Origin: Trichoplax sp. H2
Lineage: Eukaryota
Length of the DNA: 64,000 nt
Direction of reading: 5' to 3'
NCBI GenBank assembly: GCA_003344405.1
Contig: NOWV01000110.1
Coordinates: forward strand, 186,001-250,000
The notes below the pieces were generated by a model that was not told where the DNA came from, made no database searches, and saw only the letters and a list, made by a program, of their open reading frames with translations. Each line of letters begins with the position of its first letter. The stretch's first letter is position 1. Shown one piece after another: positions 24,706 to 36,185 of this stretch. The position numbers and the translations under genes are program-made.

Positions 24706-27700
24706 TCAGGTTCCGAAAACTTTCCTTTCCAAAACAGGCGGTAGACTCTCCAACATTGAAAAAGGAGGTATCTCCACTACGTATATACTACCATCAGACA
24801 AGTAATCTGCATGCAAAATAAGCTAAAAATAAACAAAAAGACCCATCAATATGAGGATAAAGAGCTTGAGTATTTGTCATTTCTTACAACTAGGAGTGAC
24901 AATCCGTAGCTTACAGGATGATGTTTTTAACATTCCGTAAAAAATATTTAACCTTCTCACCTTATATCGATCATATATTACAAAATTATCTGCAACAGGA
25001 GACAAATCAGAAACGGCTTTACTTCTCTTTCGCTTCCTCTTTTTGGAAGATAAAACAGCATCGACCGAAGGAATGGGCTAAAGACATAAAGATATTTAAA
25101 CTGCACTATTGCAACAGCGTAAACGAACATGCGTACTATAGTATTGCAAACAGTAATCGAAAGATGGAAATTATCAAAGTCTTTACCTTGACAAGGTCAA
25201 TGAAGTACAGAGCCTTACAATCATGTAACATGATACGAGAAGAATTACTTGGATCGAAAGTAATATGAACCATAACTTCACTTTTATACCAATCCTTAGG
25301 CATGCTACGCATAATGCATTCCTTTGACCATTGGGTCAGCTCTTTTTCATCACAGTCGTACAGTTGAATCTAAAGTATCCATTTCATGCATAATAAAACA
25401 AAATTAATGCACCATTCAGATACCCAGGGCAAATCCACAAAATATTCATAATTTAATAACCTGATTATTAACACAGGCAATTGCTAATATATGACTATCT
25501 GGTTGGAAAGATACGCATGCAGGCTGAGCATCAAATCTTGGTACTTCACAATATTTCTTTGAAAGAACAAGACAGTATTAGTAGGCCATCAAGCCGAAGA
25601 TCCATTGTATTAAGTGACATTTACGTAACATCAAACCTCTTCTTCCGATACATCGAATACAAATATCTGGCCAGAGCTATCGGCATAAGCGACCAAATTA
25701 GTGTCGCAGCTACAGCAAAGGGATACACCAGGTCCAAAATCTGCTTAAAAATTTATCAAGACATATAAAACTAGAAATAAGATTATAAAATGTACATTAC
25801 AGACATCAATATTTCACTGCAGATCCTACCTTCTATATCATTTTGAATATTATATTCCAATTGAAGAGAGACGCCTTCTGGGCTAAGTTCCAATACCTGG
25901 ACGAATTACCAATTAACGATCACAAGTTTGTACGTAGAAATAAATATGATCAAAAAGTAAACCAACCTGAATAATACCATTTGTGGTTGCGATTATTAAT
26001 TTACAATCATCCGATGTAAAGCACATTCTATGAGCACTTTTTACGGCCGGTCCTAAAGGAACCTAACAGGTTCATCACGTACATGAAAAATTTTAGAGTT
26101 TGGTTTCATTGAACAGATCCAGTTAAAAAAGTATCATCTAAGTACCGATTTAACCACACTGGCCGTTTCAGAACTATTCCTATCCTGCGTTATGTTAAAC
26201 AAGAAAAAAATTTAATGTCGTAGCGGTAGCAATTATTATGATAATTGAATGTCTTTATATTCCAAAAAAATACCAGTTCCAGTTTGTACAATTTAATCCG
26301 CTTGCAGTCAGAATATACAGCCCACTTAGCCGACGGCGAAATAGCACTGCATACAATGTTGTTATCACCCTAGAAAATGTTGCTAAATAAGCACATTTGT
26401 ATATTTCATAATGTACGTAAAAAAGTGCAAGCCTTAACAGTAGATTTGCCTTTGATTTTATCTCTAATAACATTAATGGCAATTCCTTCAAGGGTAATTT
26501 TGTGCCTGAAGTCGCAGCAGCAGTTGTAGCTGTAACCAAGATACACAAATTCGGTAATTGTTACAAGAAGCATGACATTAAAGGTTGCCAATATAACACC
26601 TCATGACATGATAACACAGGAACATATTAGCAATTAAGTAAAAAGTAAATTGATTTATGTAACTCACTCTCGGCCGATCCTAAAGACCAAAATTGGAGTG
26701 AACGTTGCTTTTGATAGAGGACAATATTATTCTTAGCTGCATGAGAAACTACGGGATACTGAAATATAAAGAAGGCAACTTATTTGTTCAATGCGCACAA
26801 ATACATCACCACCTAAAACTAGAATAATGAAAGTGATTTGCTTAAATTTACTAAACGAACCTGTGGAAATGGTACCACTTTTATAGGTGGTTTCAATCCA
26901 AAAGCATGACTTTTATGCATTACAAGGCTACCATCAACCCCTTATTAAAAATTAATTATTGAAAGTTGTCAGAATACGCGTAGTACAAAATTCTTCAGTT
27001 ATAACTATTCAGCCGCATAATAAGATTCTACCTCCTGAAATTACCACCCAATTGTCAGTTTTAATTTCAGCCATAGCTAAAGAGTTGACATCATGAGTAT
27101 GACCACGAGTTGAAAATCCGGATCTTACCCATTTAACCGATTTTGAATCCTATATTTAAAGAAGTTGATTGTTAGTACTGTCATTTCGATTGAAATTATT
27201 TCTGCTGGCGTTATTAACAAAATCAAATTCACTTAAAAGAACTGGTATTACCTTGGAGGCAAAGGATTGGTACTGCACAATCGTATGGTCTACTCCACTA
27301 GAATAGAGTACATTTTCAGACTGAAACACAGCGATATTGAAAGTTAGTACAGTGATTATTATAGTAAAACTGATCTTCAAGTAAAAAGAGGAGTTTCAAT
27401 TACCTTATTCAGACATAGAGTCAAAGCATCTGCTTGATGACATTGAAATGCCTAGTAATGCGGGTACGAGTAATTAGTTTACACACTCGCAGTTTGGAGG
27501 TATTACATTCCATTTTAAAGATTATCAAGTCTTCACTATGACAAAACAATTGGTAAATCTGCAAAGACTGTTTACAATACTCTGTTAATTTCTTACGGAA
27601 ATTAAGGTGCCGAAATTTCCATTCCAAAATTGTATTTTGCCTAAAGAGTCCGCACTAATGATGGTTTTGTCCCTAATTTGATTCATTACCGGGTGCGCAA

Positions 27701-29796
27701 ATCATTAATGTTGGAAATTACATCAATACCATTGATTGATCTTATAACGATAATCATACTTCATTATGGTTACTGCCCATACAACCGTCGATTTTTTCTG
27801 AAATTCATCTAAAGTTATTCTCATTTTGGAAGTACCTAGCATTGTCATAATTCAAATAACGAATGGATTTTATACCTTAATTATATTTAACGTGATTTCT
27901 AATACATACATATACATGACAGTCCACATATACTGTAGTAACTGTGTGAAGTTTTACCTGTGCTAACATCCCAAATCCACATCATACTTTTATCTGTTCC
28001 AGTTACAATAACATCGTCATCATAGCTCCATGCAAGCGATACGACTTGGCATTCAAGTCTAATGAATACTTTCTCTAAAGCTAATTCCGGATCAACAGCA
28101 AACAATCTAACAGAACCATCCTGACAGCCGATCTAATCAGTTTTGGGGGGAAGTAAAGTTTATCTTTACTTCTAATGATTGCTTTAAAACGAATATTTGA
28201 AAAGAGATCTCTTGCAGATAGCAGAACTTTATTTTACCGCTAAAGTTGTTTTGCTGTGATTGCATGCCATACACCAAATCGATCCAGCTCCAGACGCAGT
28301 ACTTGCCTATTGATGACAGGGAATAGGTTAGCAAAGTAGTATGCTTGATATTCTATTGCATACTACAGAATTATATTTCATATCTCAAAATGGGACTGAT
28401 CAAATTTGCCGTCAACAAGCTGTGTATTACTGGTATATGATATAACCAATCAGCCATGACTAACACTGCTTATCTTATGGACGTTATCCATGTTGCTAGT
28501 ACAGTACCTTCATTCTTAATCGTTTGATATCCCATTCTGCAATACTCCCGTGAAGACCAGCAGAATAAAGGCGGCCGTTGATCCACAATAACGACCTAAG
28601 AGATGTTCCAGTAATACCAGGAATAACCTAACAATACATGAATGAAATATCAAGCGAGAAATCAAGTACAATCGCCTACTTTCCCAGCATAGCTGAAGGT
28701 CTAACTACCCTACAGTATACTACGTTCAGGTTAGGAAATGGAATAAATCACGAATAACTTTCAATAATCTCGATTATCAGTTTCATTACCCCTTCTTGGA
28801 ACCATCTATCAAGATATCTCCAAATTTCAATGCTACCATCCGATCTAGTCATAAAATAAATATCCCACCGTCAGTATCTTATTCCGTATTGTCGATCAAA
28901 TACATTAAGCAAATGCTACTAGTAGCAGAAATATCCCATTTGGCCTGTCAAATTAGAGTTGGTTCAAGCGTTGACATCGGCCATTTTTAAGCAGAGCTAT
29001 GTACGTAGTACCGCAATGCATGGCGTGATATTTACATTTCAATGTACAGAGCAATTCAAGGTTTCATTTTAGTTGATGATGACAGAAATACAGATTGTAT
29101 CAACAACTGAAGCTCGACTATGACTAAAATCATTCAACCAGCTGTGTCAGCACTCAGTAGGAAAATTGACTGTACAAGTTGCTTTATCCATTTCATTTGA
29201 TAGTGCAACGGCCCAATTTCCACATAACAATATTGATACAGGTATTGACGATAATGACAATGACAATACTGTATCGACCAGCTACAGAAGAATTGGGAAG
29301 AAAAGTTTAATTTTGTCTGCACAGTGCACAATCAATGCTTGTACGGTAAGGGGCAGGTATTCGTGGACGCAGTCCATCTAGTCCACGCTATCGCTTGACA
29401 AAACTTGGCAAAGCTGTATTACCATGGTCCTGCTGTGAAGAAATCGTCACAGCTATATCAGTATTTCATGGCCGCTAAGTCATTCTAACCACAAACAGAC
29501 AAGGCTGGTTCTAGTTTGCAAGCGATCGTACGAAACGAATGGATCCATCCATGATCGTCTTCGCTGATGAGGCCGAAATCCTCTTTGCTGACATCTCTGA
29601 TGGCCGATGGATCGACTAAATGAACCGATTGCACGTTGATCAACACTCATTACCTGGCTAATGCGAGCTTGAACGGTTTTTCTACTTCATCCACAGCAAT
29701 CCATTCAATGCTTTGAGGTATAAATTGCATAAATCGTGCACGATGAACCATTTGATTGCATTTGCCAGCATTGGCCTGATTCCGATCGGACTCCAT
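24706..29796 (-). CDS. UTP4: U3 snoRNA-associated protein 4 / cirhin (WD40 t-UTP subunit), multi-exon
   Basis: Exon 1 29796-29654 (VHRARFMQFIPQSI..KLALAR), 28844-28790 (SDGSIEIW..WFQE), ~28628-28509 (RLYSAGLHGSIAEWD), GSIWCMA, IGCQDGSVRLF, IISADSLGKIQFW, GHTHDVNSL..ISGG; last exon ends LPPVLERKVFGT* (stop 24708-24706), like the human LPPPIKKKKFGT. Confidence 0.92.
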
Positions 29797-29799
29797 GAT

Positions 29800-30324
29800 G
29801 AGCACTAGGGCAAGGTAGCCAGGGTAATGCAGCCGTCGACTATCCATCGTCACCACACCACACATGCTCGGATGACGCTGAAATATAGTACTGTGCTTCA
29901 AACCGATACTCTGGGTTAGTCTCCAGACTAGCCCAATCGGCCGTTACCCTATACGATCAGTCTAGCCATGTCGTGACGTAACATGGGTACTGCACGTCAC
30001 CCCACCATGGAGTGAATCGCCTCACCCCCAACACCCGGTGCTGGGGCTGAGGCCGAAATGAACCTCATAGTTTATCACTATAGTACTACTGGAACACGGG
30101 TTTGTCTCGCCAAAGGATGACCAAACAGCTGTGCGAGTCTGTTACTGTGTCAGCTGTCGTGCGCTTCCTCGTGGATAGAACCAGTTTGGATCGAGTTAAC
30201 CCCCCCCCTACCCCCATTTCAGCCCTTGTTAACCCTGGCCGGTGTTTGGGGGTGGTCAGAAAGACATTTGGAAACCCTTGGAAACCATGGCTGCAAGTGT
30301 GGAATTCTAACTTTAGGACATGGA
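29800..30324. promoter_or_regulatory. Probable bidirectional promoter UTP4/ANGEL, GC-enriched
   Basis: ~530 bp between divergent starts; CCAAT (~29933), CRE-like TGACGTAA (29974-29981), CACGTCA (~29992); the same CRE-like octamer occurs as TTACGTCA (20343-20350) upstream of TRIP11. Confidence 0.5.
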
Positions 30325-33300
30325 ATGACTGCCACTCGTTATGCTAGATATTGTTCTCATCTAACAAGGATGCAATCCACATCAGGTGCTATTCGAGTAG
30401 TTGTAATTATCATCAGTGAATGGATGACATGGATAGGCAACCATTGGGGTCGAGTAGATGATCAGTTGTTGTTGAAATGGGCCATTTGAATTGGACTTGG
30501 AGTCCAAAGTCATCGTAATGGACGATAGCTATCCATCGTTCTAGGACTAAATGGAGCTATAGTTGAAATAGACTATTTTAATCCAGCCTTCATTCAGATT
30601 ATAGTTATAGTATAACAGTGATCTGACAGTGAGCTAGAGTTGAAATGGACCATTTGAATTCGACCTGAATTCAGTCTACTGTAAAGGTTATACTATCATG
30701 ATAAAATGCATCTTTCAAATCATATCTCAATTCGGTCGCAAGTTGTATTTAATTCTAGACGATAGATTATTTTAAAGCTAAATGGAGCTTCTCTGATCTT
30801 TATTTAGTAAAATATCACGCTATGATAGACTATTGTTCACTGTAGCTATAAGTTCGATCATCTATCTTGATTTTATTACATGAATGATTCTGGCCTTGTA
30901 ATGAATTGTAAATTAATTTCTCCCTTTCTTCAGTACTTTCTGTCAACTCATCCAACGTCATTTCACTATATTTGTCAGGTGATAGCCGTATACAAGAAGA
31001 TATACTCGTACTATTAGGTAGCGAGAACAAGTTGGTGACAATTTAGGCACATTTCATAAGGTATACGTATTGACAGTTTGGAAACCCCTAAACCACAACT
31101 TTCACTGTGATAGCTACCTCTAGTTAGACAGTTATTGATTCTCTGATATGATTTAGTGTATTGGAGTCAGCGGTTACTCTACTGTTAATCCGGCTAGTTT
31201 AGCGTTAATATCGCTACGATCTGCATTGAACGAGTTATAATTCATATGAACTGCACCATAATATTCATTTCATCAACGCCCTTATAAGGGCCTCGTTGTA
31301 ACACGATGTGATTCGATAGGCTATGTTATGGTTCGTCAACTCGAGTAACAACTAGTAGTAATAATCTTAAGCCATTCCACGAGCTAGTTTAAATGTAGAT
31401 GATCTCTTTCACTACACAGAAATCCAGTCCTACAAGCATGCAATCCATCGGTTATGTAATACGTGCCTAATATTAACTTCACTACGAGCTATATTTTAAA
31501 CGATGATATGTTCACTTACCACATACTATCTTCACTTTATTATTTACATAGCGTATATTATATACCTGACTCTGTCATCAATAAGTTACGGGTGTATTAG
31601 TTACCATGGCGGAATAAGTTCAAATATATTTATAAAGCGTAAGACAAGTGAGATAATATATAATTAGCCAGATCATGCTGATACTAGCATCGATGATGGT
31701 AATCCTTAATGAAGCAAAGTGTAATGGTGTACGCTTAAATGGAACTACTAACTAGTATTCATAAATGTACAGTCTATTTGTACACCCATCATTCAATATC
31801 CCAATTAATATCTATGTATTTTTCTATCAATCAAATATGTCGTTATTGATGCAGGTTTAACAACGCAAGTTTATAACCTGGCTGGTCAAGTACCGACGAG
31901 GAAATGGGTTAATGTACCCGGAGTACATTTTGGCGACAAGGACAAGAAATTATTCGACTTTACTATCTTGTCTTATAATATATTAGCAGATAACTTGCTA
32001 TGGAAACATTCGTATTTATACAACCTTTGTCCTCCTGAAGCATTACAATGGGATTTTAGGAAAGAAAAAATCATTAACGAACTCTATCAATTAAATGCAG
32101 ATGTATGTAGATTCGGTTAGAATTAGCTATGAAAACTTATTCTACAATACTACATTGATGTGTTTTAGAACGCCTGTGCTTTATGGAGACAGACCAACAG
32201 TTTTTCTACAGCTGTATATTTACCATTTTATTTATTATAGCATCTCTGTACTGAAATGTAGTTATATAATTTTACTTACTTGAAAGAACGTGATGTATAC
32301 AATAGAGTAATGTTGCGTCATGTCTAATAAATAATAGGGCAATCTTAGTAGCATAAGTGTAATACTTGGCTAATTATAATTATATGCAAAATTCATAAAT
32401 AATATATAGTGTTAAGGAATTAATTAATCAGCTGTCCAGGTCACACTTTATCGCTATTCTAACAGATTGTATGCCTTCAAGAAGTACATGATCAACATTA
32501 TCATAACTACATTAAACCCATGATGAAAAGGAAAGGTATGAATATTTCATGTATGGTATTAATGTGATTGATCTTAAAATTTGTAAATTACAGTATCTTC
32601 GTTGCGCATTACTTGACTATTACGCGATAAATGTTCTTCTAAGTCAAATTCCATCAATGCTCCTGATAATAATGTCAAAAAATATTAAGAACATTTCTCC
32701 ATAACAGCGCCCTGATGTAACTGTCTATACTGAAATTATTACATTTAGCTATTCTTATGCACTAGATATTATACTATTTAGCTCTATCAGGGAGGGTTAA
32801 CTAAGGAAGCATTTCTTCTAATAACATTTATGTATTAGGATACATTGGAGCCTATGAAAAACGTTTTGGAAATAACTTCGACGGTTGTGCAACATTTTTT
32901 AAGAAAACTAAATTTAACATGGTGCAACGCTGTCGCGTGGATTATCACGTCAACGGTGTCTCTTTAATGGATCGCGATAATATTGGGCTTATAGTTATGT
33001 TAGAATATCGAAATCCAACTTCAAATAGACGCCATGGTCAAAGTAATCATGCTACCGAAGCGAGTGGACTGTCTGAGCCTAATCTTAAGCTTTGTATCGC
33101 CAATACTCACTTACTTTATAATCCCAAACGTGGAGACGTAAAATTAGCTCAGTTGACGAAATTATTTGCTGAAATTAATAACCTTACTAGTAATACAGGA
33201 AGGATGCCATGCGATCATGCTAATTGTGCTACTTCTAATCAGGATGTTGGCCAAGCATCTGCCAATTGTCCTGTAGTTTTATGTGGCGATTTCAATAGTA

Positions 33301-33821
33301 CCCCAACTAGTGCACTTTTTCAGTTTATCTCTGAAGGTCATTTAGTTTATGACGGTTTAAATCGAAAGACATTATCAGGCCAACGAAAATCAAAAGTACG
33401 CTATTCTGACGAATATGGTGACGGATTCAACCTACGTCGTGGTGCACTGCCACCATGGGGATTGAAAATTAGCAATTATTGCAAATATGATAGCGATTGT
33501 GACATTGAAACTCACCAAAATTATGATGCACTATTTCATCACTTAAATTTGCGTAGTGTTTATCGGTATTTAGAGGATTCTGTGACGACAGATTCACAAG
33601 CCGTAGACTATATTTTTTACTCTACTGATGCAGCTTGTAATTCCACAGATGTTAAAAACAATCAACCCCAGGTTTCTCATCGAATTCAACCCATAAACTA
33701 TTTAAATTTGTATTCTATGGAAGATATGGAGAAAATGCAATTTTTGCCTAATTTTCAGCTAGCATCAGATCATATATCACTAATAAGTAAATTAAGGTAC
33801 TTTGAAAGTAAAGTCGAATAG
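30325..33821 (+). CDS. ANGEL2: Protein angel homolog (CCR4-family EEP 2',3'-cyclic phosphatase, ANGEL2-like), multi-exon
   Basis: Solid exons: 31855-32102 (RKW..FTILSYNILADNLLWKHSYLY), 32466-32535 (IVCLQEV), 32839-33821 (DGCATFF, DRDNIGL, CIANTHLLYNPKRGDVKLAQL, VVLCGDFNSTP, VDYIFY, SDHISL). Upstream exons 30325-30385 and 30979-31017 are phase-compatible but tentative. Confidence 0.88.
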
Positions 33822-34248
33822 CAGTATTATGAACTTCTGTTGCAAATTAATAAATTCTTTGTCATGAATCTTTATCAATCCATTATAATGTCCGCTATTG
33901 TAAAAGTTTAGCAGTATGATAAAATACTGCACAACAAGATTGAGCATAAAGCAATAATTATTGAGATTTTATTTACATACGCTCTTACCAAAGGAAAATT
34001 CTAATTGTAAAAGTCATTGTATAACTAAAAGAAATCTATTACTGATGGATTCGTAAATGTGTAATTAAAGTCTTTCATTTTCCTTGGTCGCAATTCATTA
34101 CAATTTTTTTTAATTGTAATAATGGTGTTGATATATAAATTAAATATTTAATAATTTAATCAAAATAAAATATTAATTCGAGTCCATTAGAAATAGCGCC
34201 GCGTTGATATTGATTTTATATTAAAATGGATGTTATCTAAGATTGACT

Positions 34249-36185
34249 CTAAATTTTAATTTGATACAAAACAGGTTGCCTGTAAAAAGTAAACCGAGAT
34301 GGTAATTAATCGAGGACAGTACAGTCAATGCAAGAATTCAGATTGATTAGTAATAACGTTACACACTTTTTGGTCTTATTTTTGTTCGTTGCCTTGGTTT
34401 CCGATGAATTATGATTTTGGGAAGATCCGTAAGGAGATTTCTGACTTTTGCTTGAAGTTGCAATCTTAATTTCTGAATACATCTAATAAGCCATTTGAAT
34501 GATTATTATGGAATAATTAGCGCATTAGAAATCATTCGGAAATTAAAAAATTATTATCATAATTTAGACCGAAATCAAATTATTAGTTGTGACACCTTAG
34601 TTTTAATTTGTTTGGAGAATTTTTCCAACGCTTTTCGAACATTATCGGTGGAGGACTTTTTGTAATTAATCGCTACGTGCTGTAAGGATAAAAAATTCCT
34701 CTTAAAATGTAACGAATAAACAGCAAAGAAATAAATCAAATGACAGCCATGGGTATATTTCACGATATTAACTACTCATGAAAATCGCTTGTACTAGAAA
34801 TAAACCAAATTTACCTTCCACTTAATAGGCTCGCAGCTGTGCACACTATGATCTACAGGTAGCCCAATTTTAACTTTTTCCAATTCATGATAGCCTAATA
34901 CAACAGAATTCGCGTATGGTTCACTTTAAGAAGGGATAAATATTTTTGATTGTATGATATAGTCTACAACAATGTTATATATTTGTATGAATAAGAAATT
35001 ACGAGAATAAGGATATAACTACAATATAGCCCCAAATTTGTTAAGCTTATATATCAAAGTTGACTAACATTCTTCATAAGATGTTTTATACTGTTGAATT
35101 AGATCCATAAGCGATCTATATATTAATGGTTTATACATCAAAGTTCTTCGTCTACTTAATCCAAGAGCTCCGTATCTGCCTGAGTAATGAATCCCTAAAA
35201 CAACATGTCTGACGTTGATAAACAGGAAAGTTAATGATTAAGTTAGTTCTTAAAATTCGTCAGTTACAAGCAGCGGTTAAATTAGAAAAATTATTCGAAA
35301 AGTAATACCTGTGATGATGAGAATTAAAACATGATTTAAAGGATATAGGAAAGCGATCAAGGCCTTCTAAGCCACACGTAAAATAGCTGCAATGAAAAAA
35401 CAACGTAAGATGTAGAGATGAATAAATATACGAATAAGTACATAATATTCTCCTATTTAGTTTTATATGTGAATACTATAAACTACTAGAACTTACATGG
35501 AAAGAATTACTGCCTCTAAGCATTTAATTGGTAGCGATTCTTTAATCATATCTTTTGCAATCTCCATCAGTCTGTCAAAATGAGTAAAACATAAATCATA
35601 GCTTTGCATCCAGTTTCATTTCTTAAAATCGAAGTATGTAAATAAATTTCATCTTAAATTTAAAGTCTAATTATTACCCTGACATCGGTCTACTCTTCTT
35701 AATTTCGAAAAATTGTAAACCAGTAAAGTTGTAACTATTAAAGCAAATATCATTTCATCATGTTTAGGTCTAAGTAAGTATTAAGGTAAAGATTAGCTAT
35801 ACTGTACGAGATGTCAACAAGATCCTTACTGAAGATCAGAGATATAATTTTGAATACAAATAATTCGCTCCTCTGTTGTCATTCCCGGTGTAATTGTGGG
35901 TGCTATCGGGACAGGAACCTGATGTATATTAATTTATATGAAATTACACTTTTCTACACGTATTGAAGCTTTACGATAGTTTTAAATCATCTTTCAAAAG
36001 GCTAAGTATATTTTAAATTCTACTTTTGATAGAGATCGGTTTCCTCGGATTTGATTTTCAGCCTCTTCACCTTTTGCTGAATGGTGACGCTTGGTGTGCT
36101 TCCATAATTTGTGCCAATATTCCTGCTGTATAGGAAATCCACCGCGATTAATATAAAAATTAACGTCTTCGTCGTCACTTTCCAT
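34249..36185 (-). CDS. VASH: Vasohibin family tubulin tyrosine carboxypeptidase (detyrosinase), ~10 exons
   Basis: Spliced translation: FYINRGGFPI..W.KLW / VPVP..IQNYISDL / YNFTGLQFFEIKKSRPMSG / LMEIAKDMIKESLPIKCLEAVIL / RFPISFKS / RHVVLG..GRYGALGLSRR..LMYKP / HELEKVKIG / C-terminal YQIKI* (stop 34251-34249). Catalytic Cys and His retained. A splice acceptor at ~36200 implies an upstream exon I could not place. Confidence 0.95.

Noticed and set aside
29564-29578. Hammerhead-ribozyme-like core CTGATGAGGCCGAAA (TGAGGCCGAAAT recurs at ~30048)
   Set aside because: A 4-bp stem III (GGAT/ATCC) is possible but I could not build a stem I in either type I or type III topology; an Infernal or RNAMotif hammerhead search would settle it.
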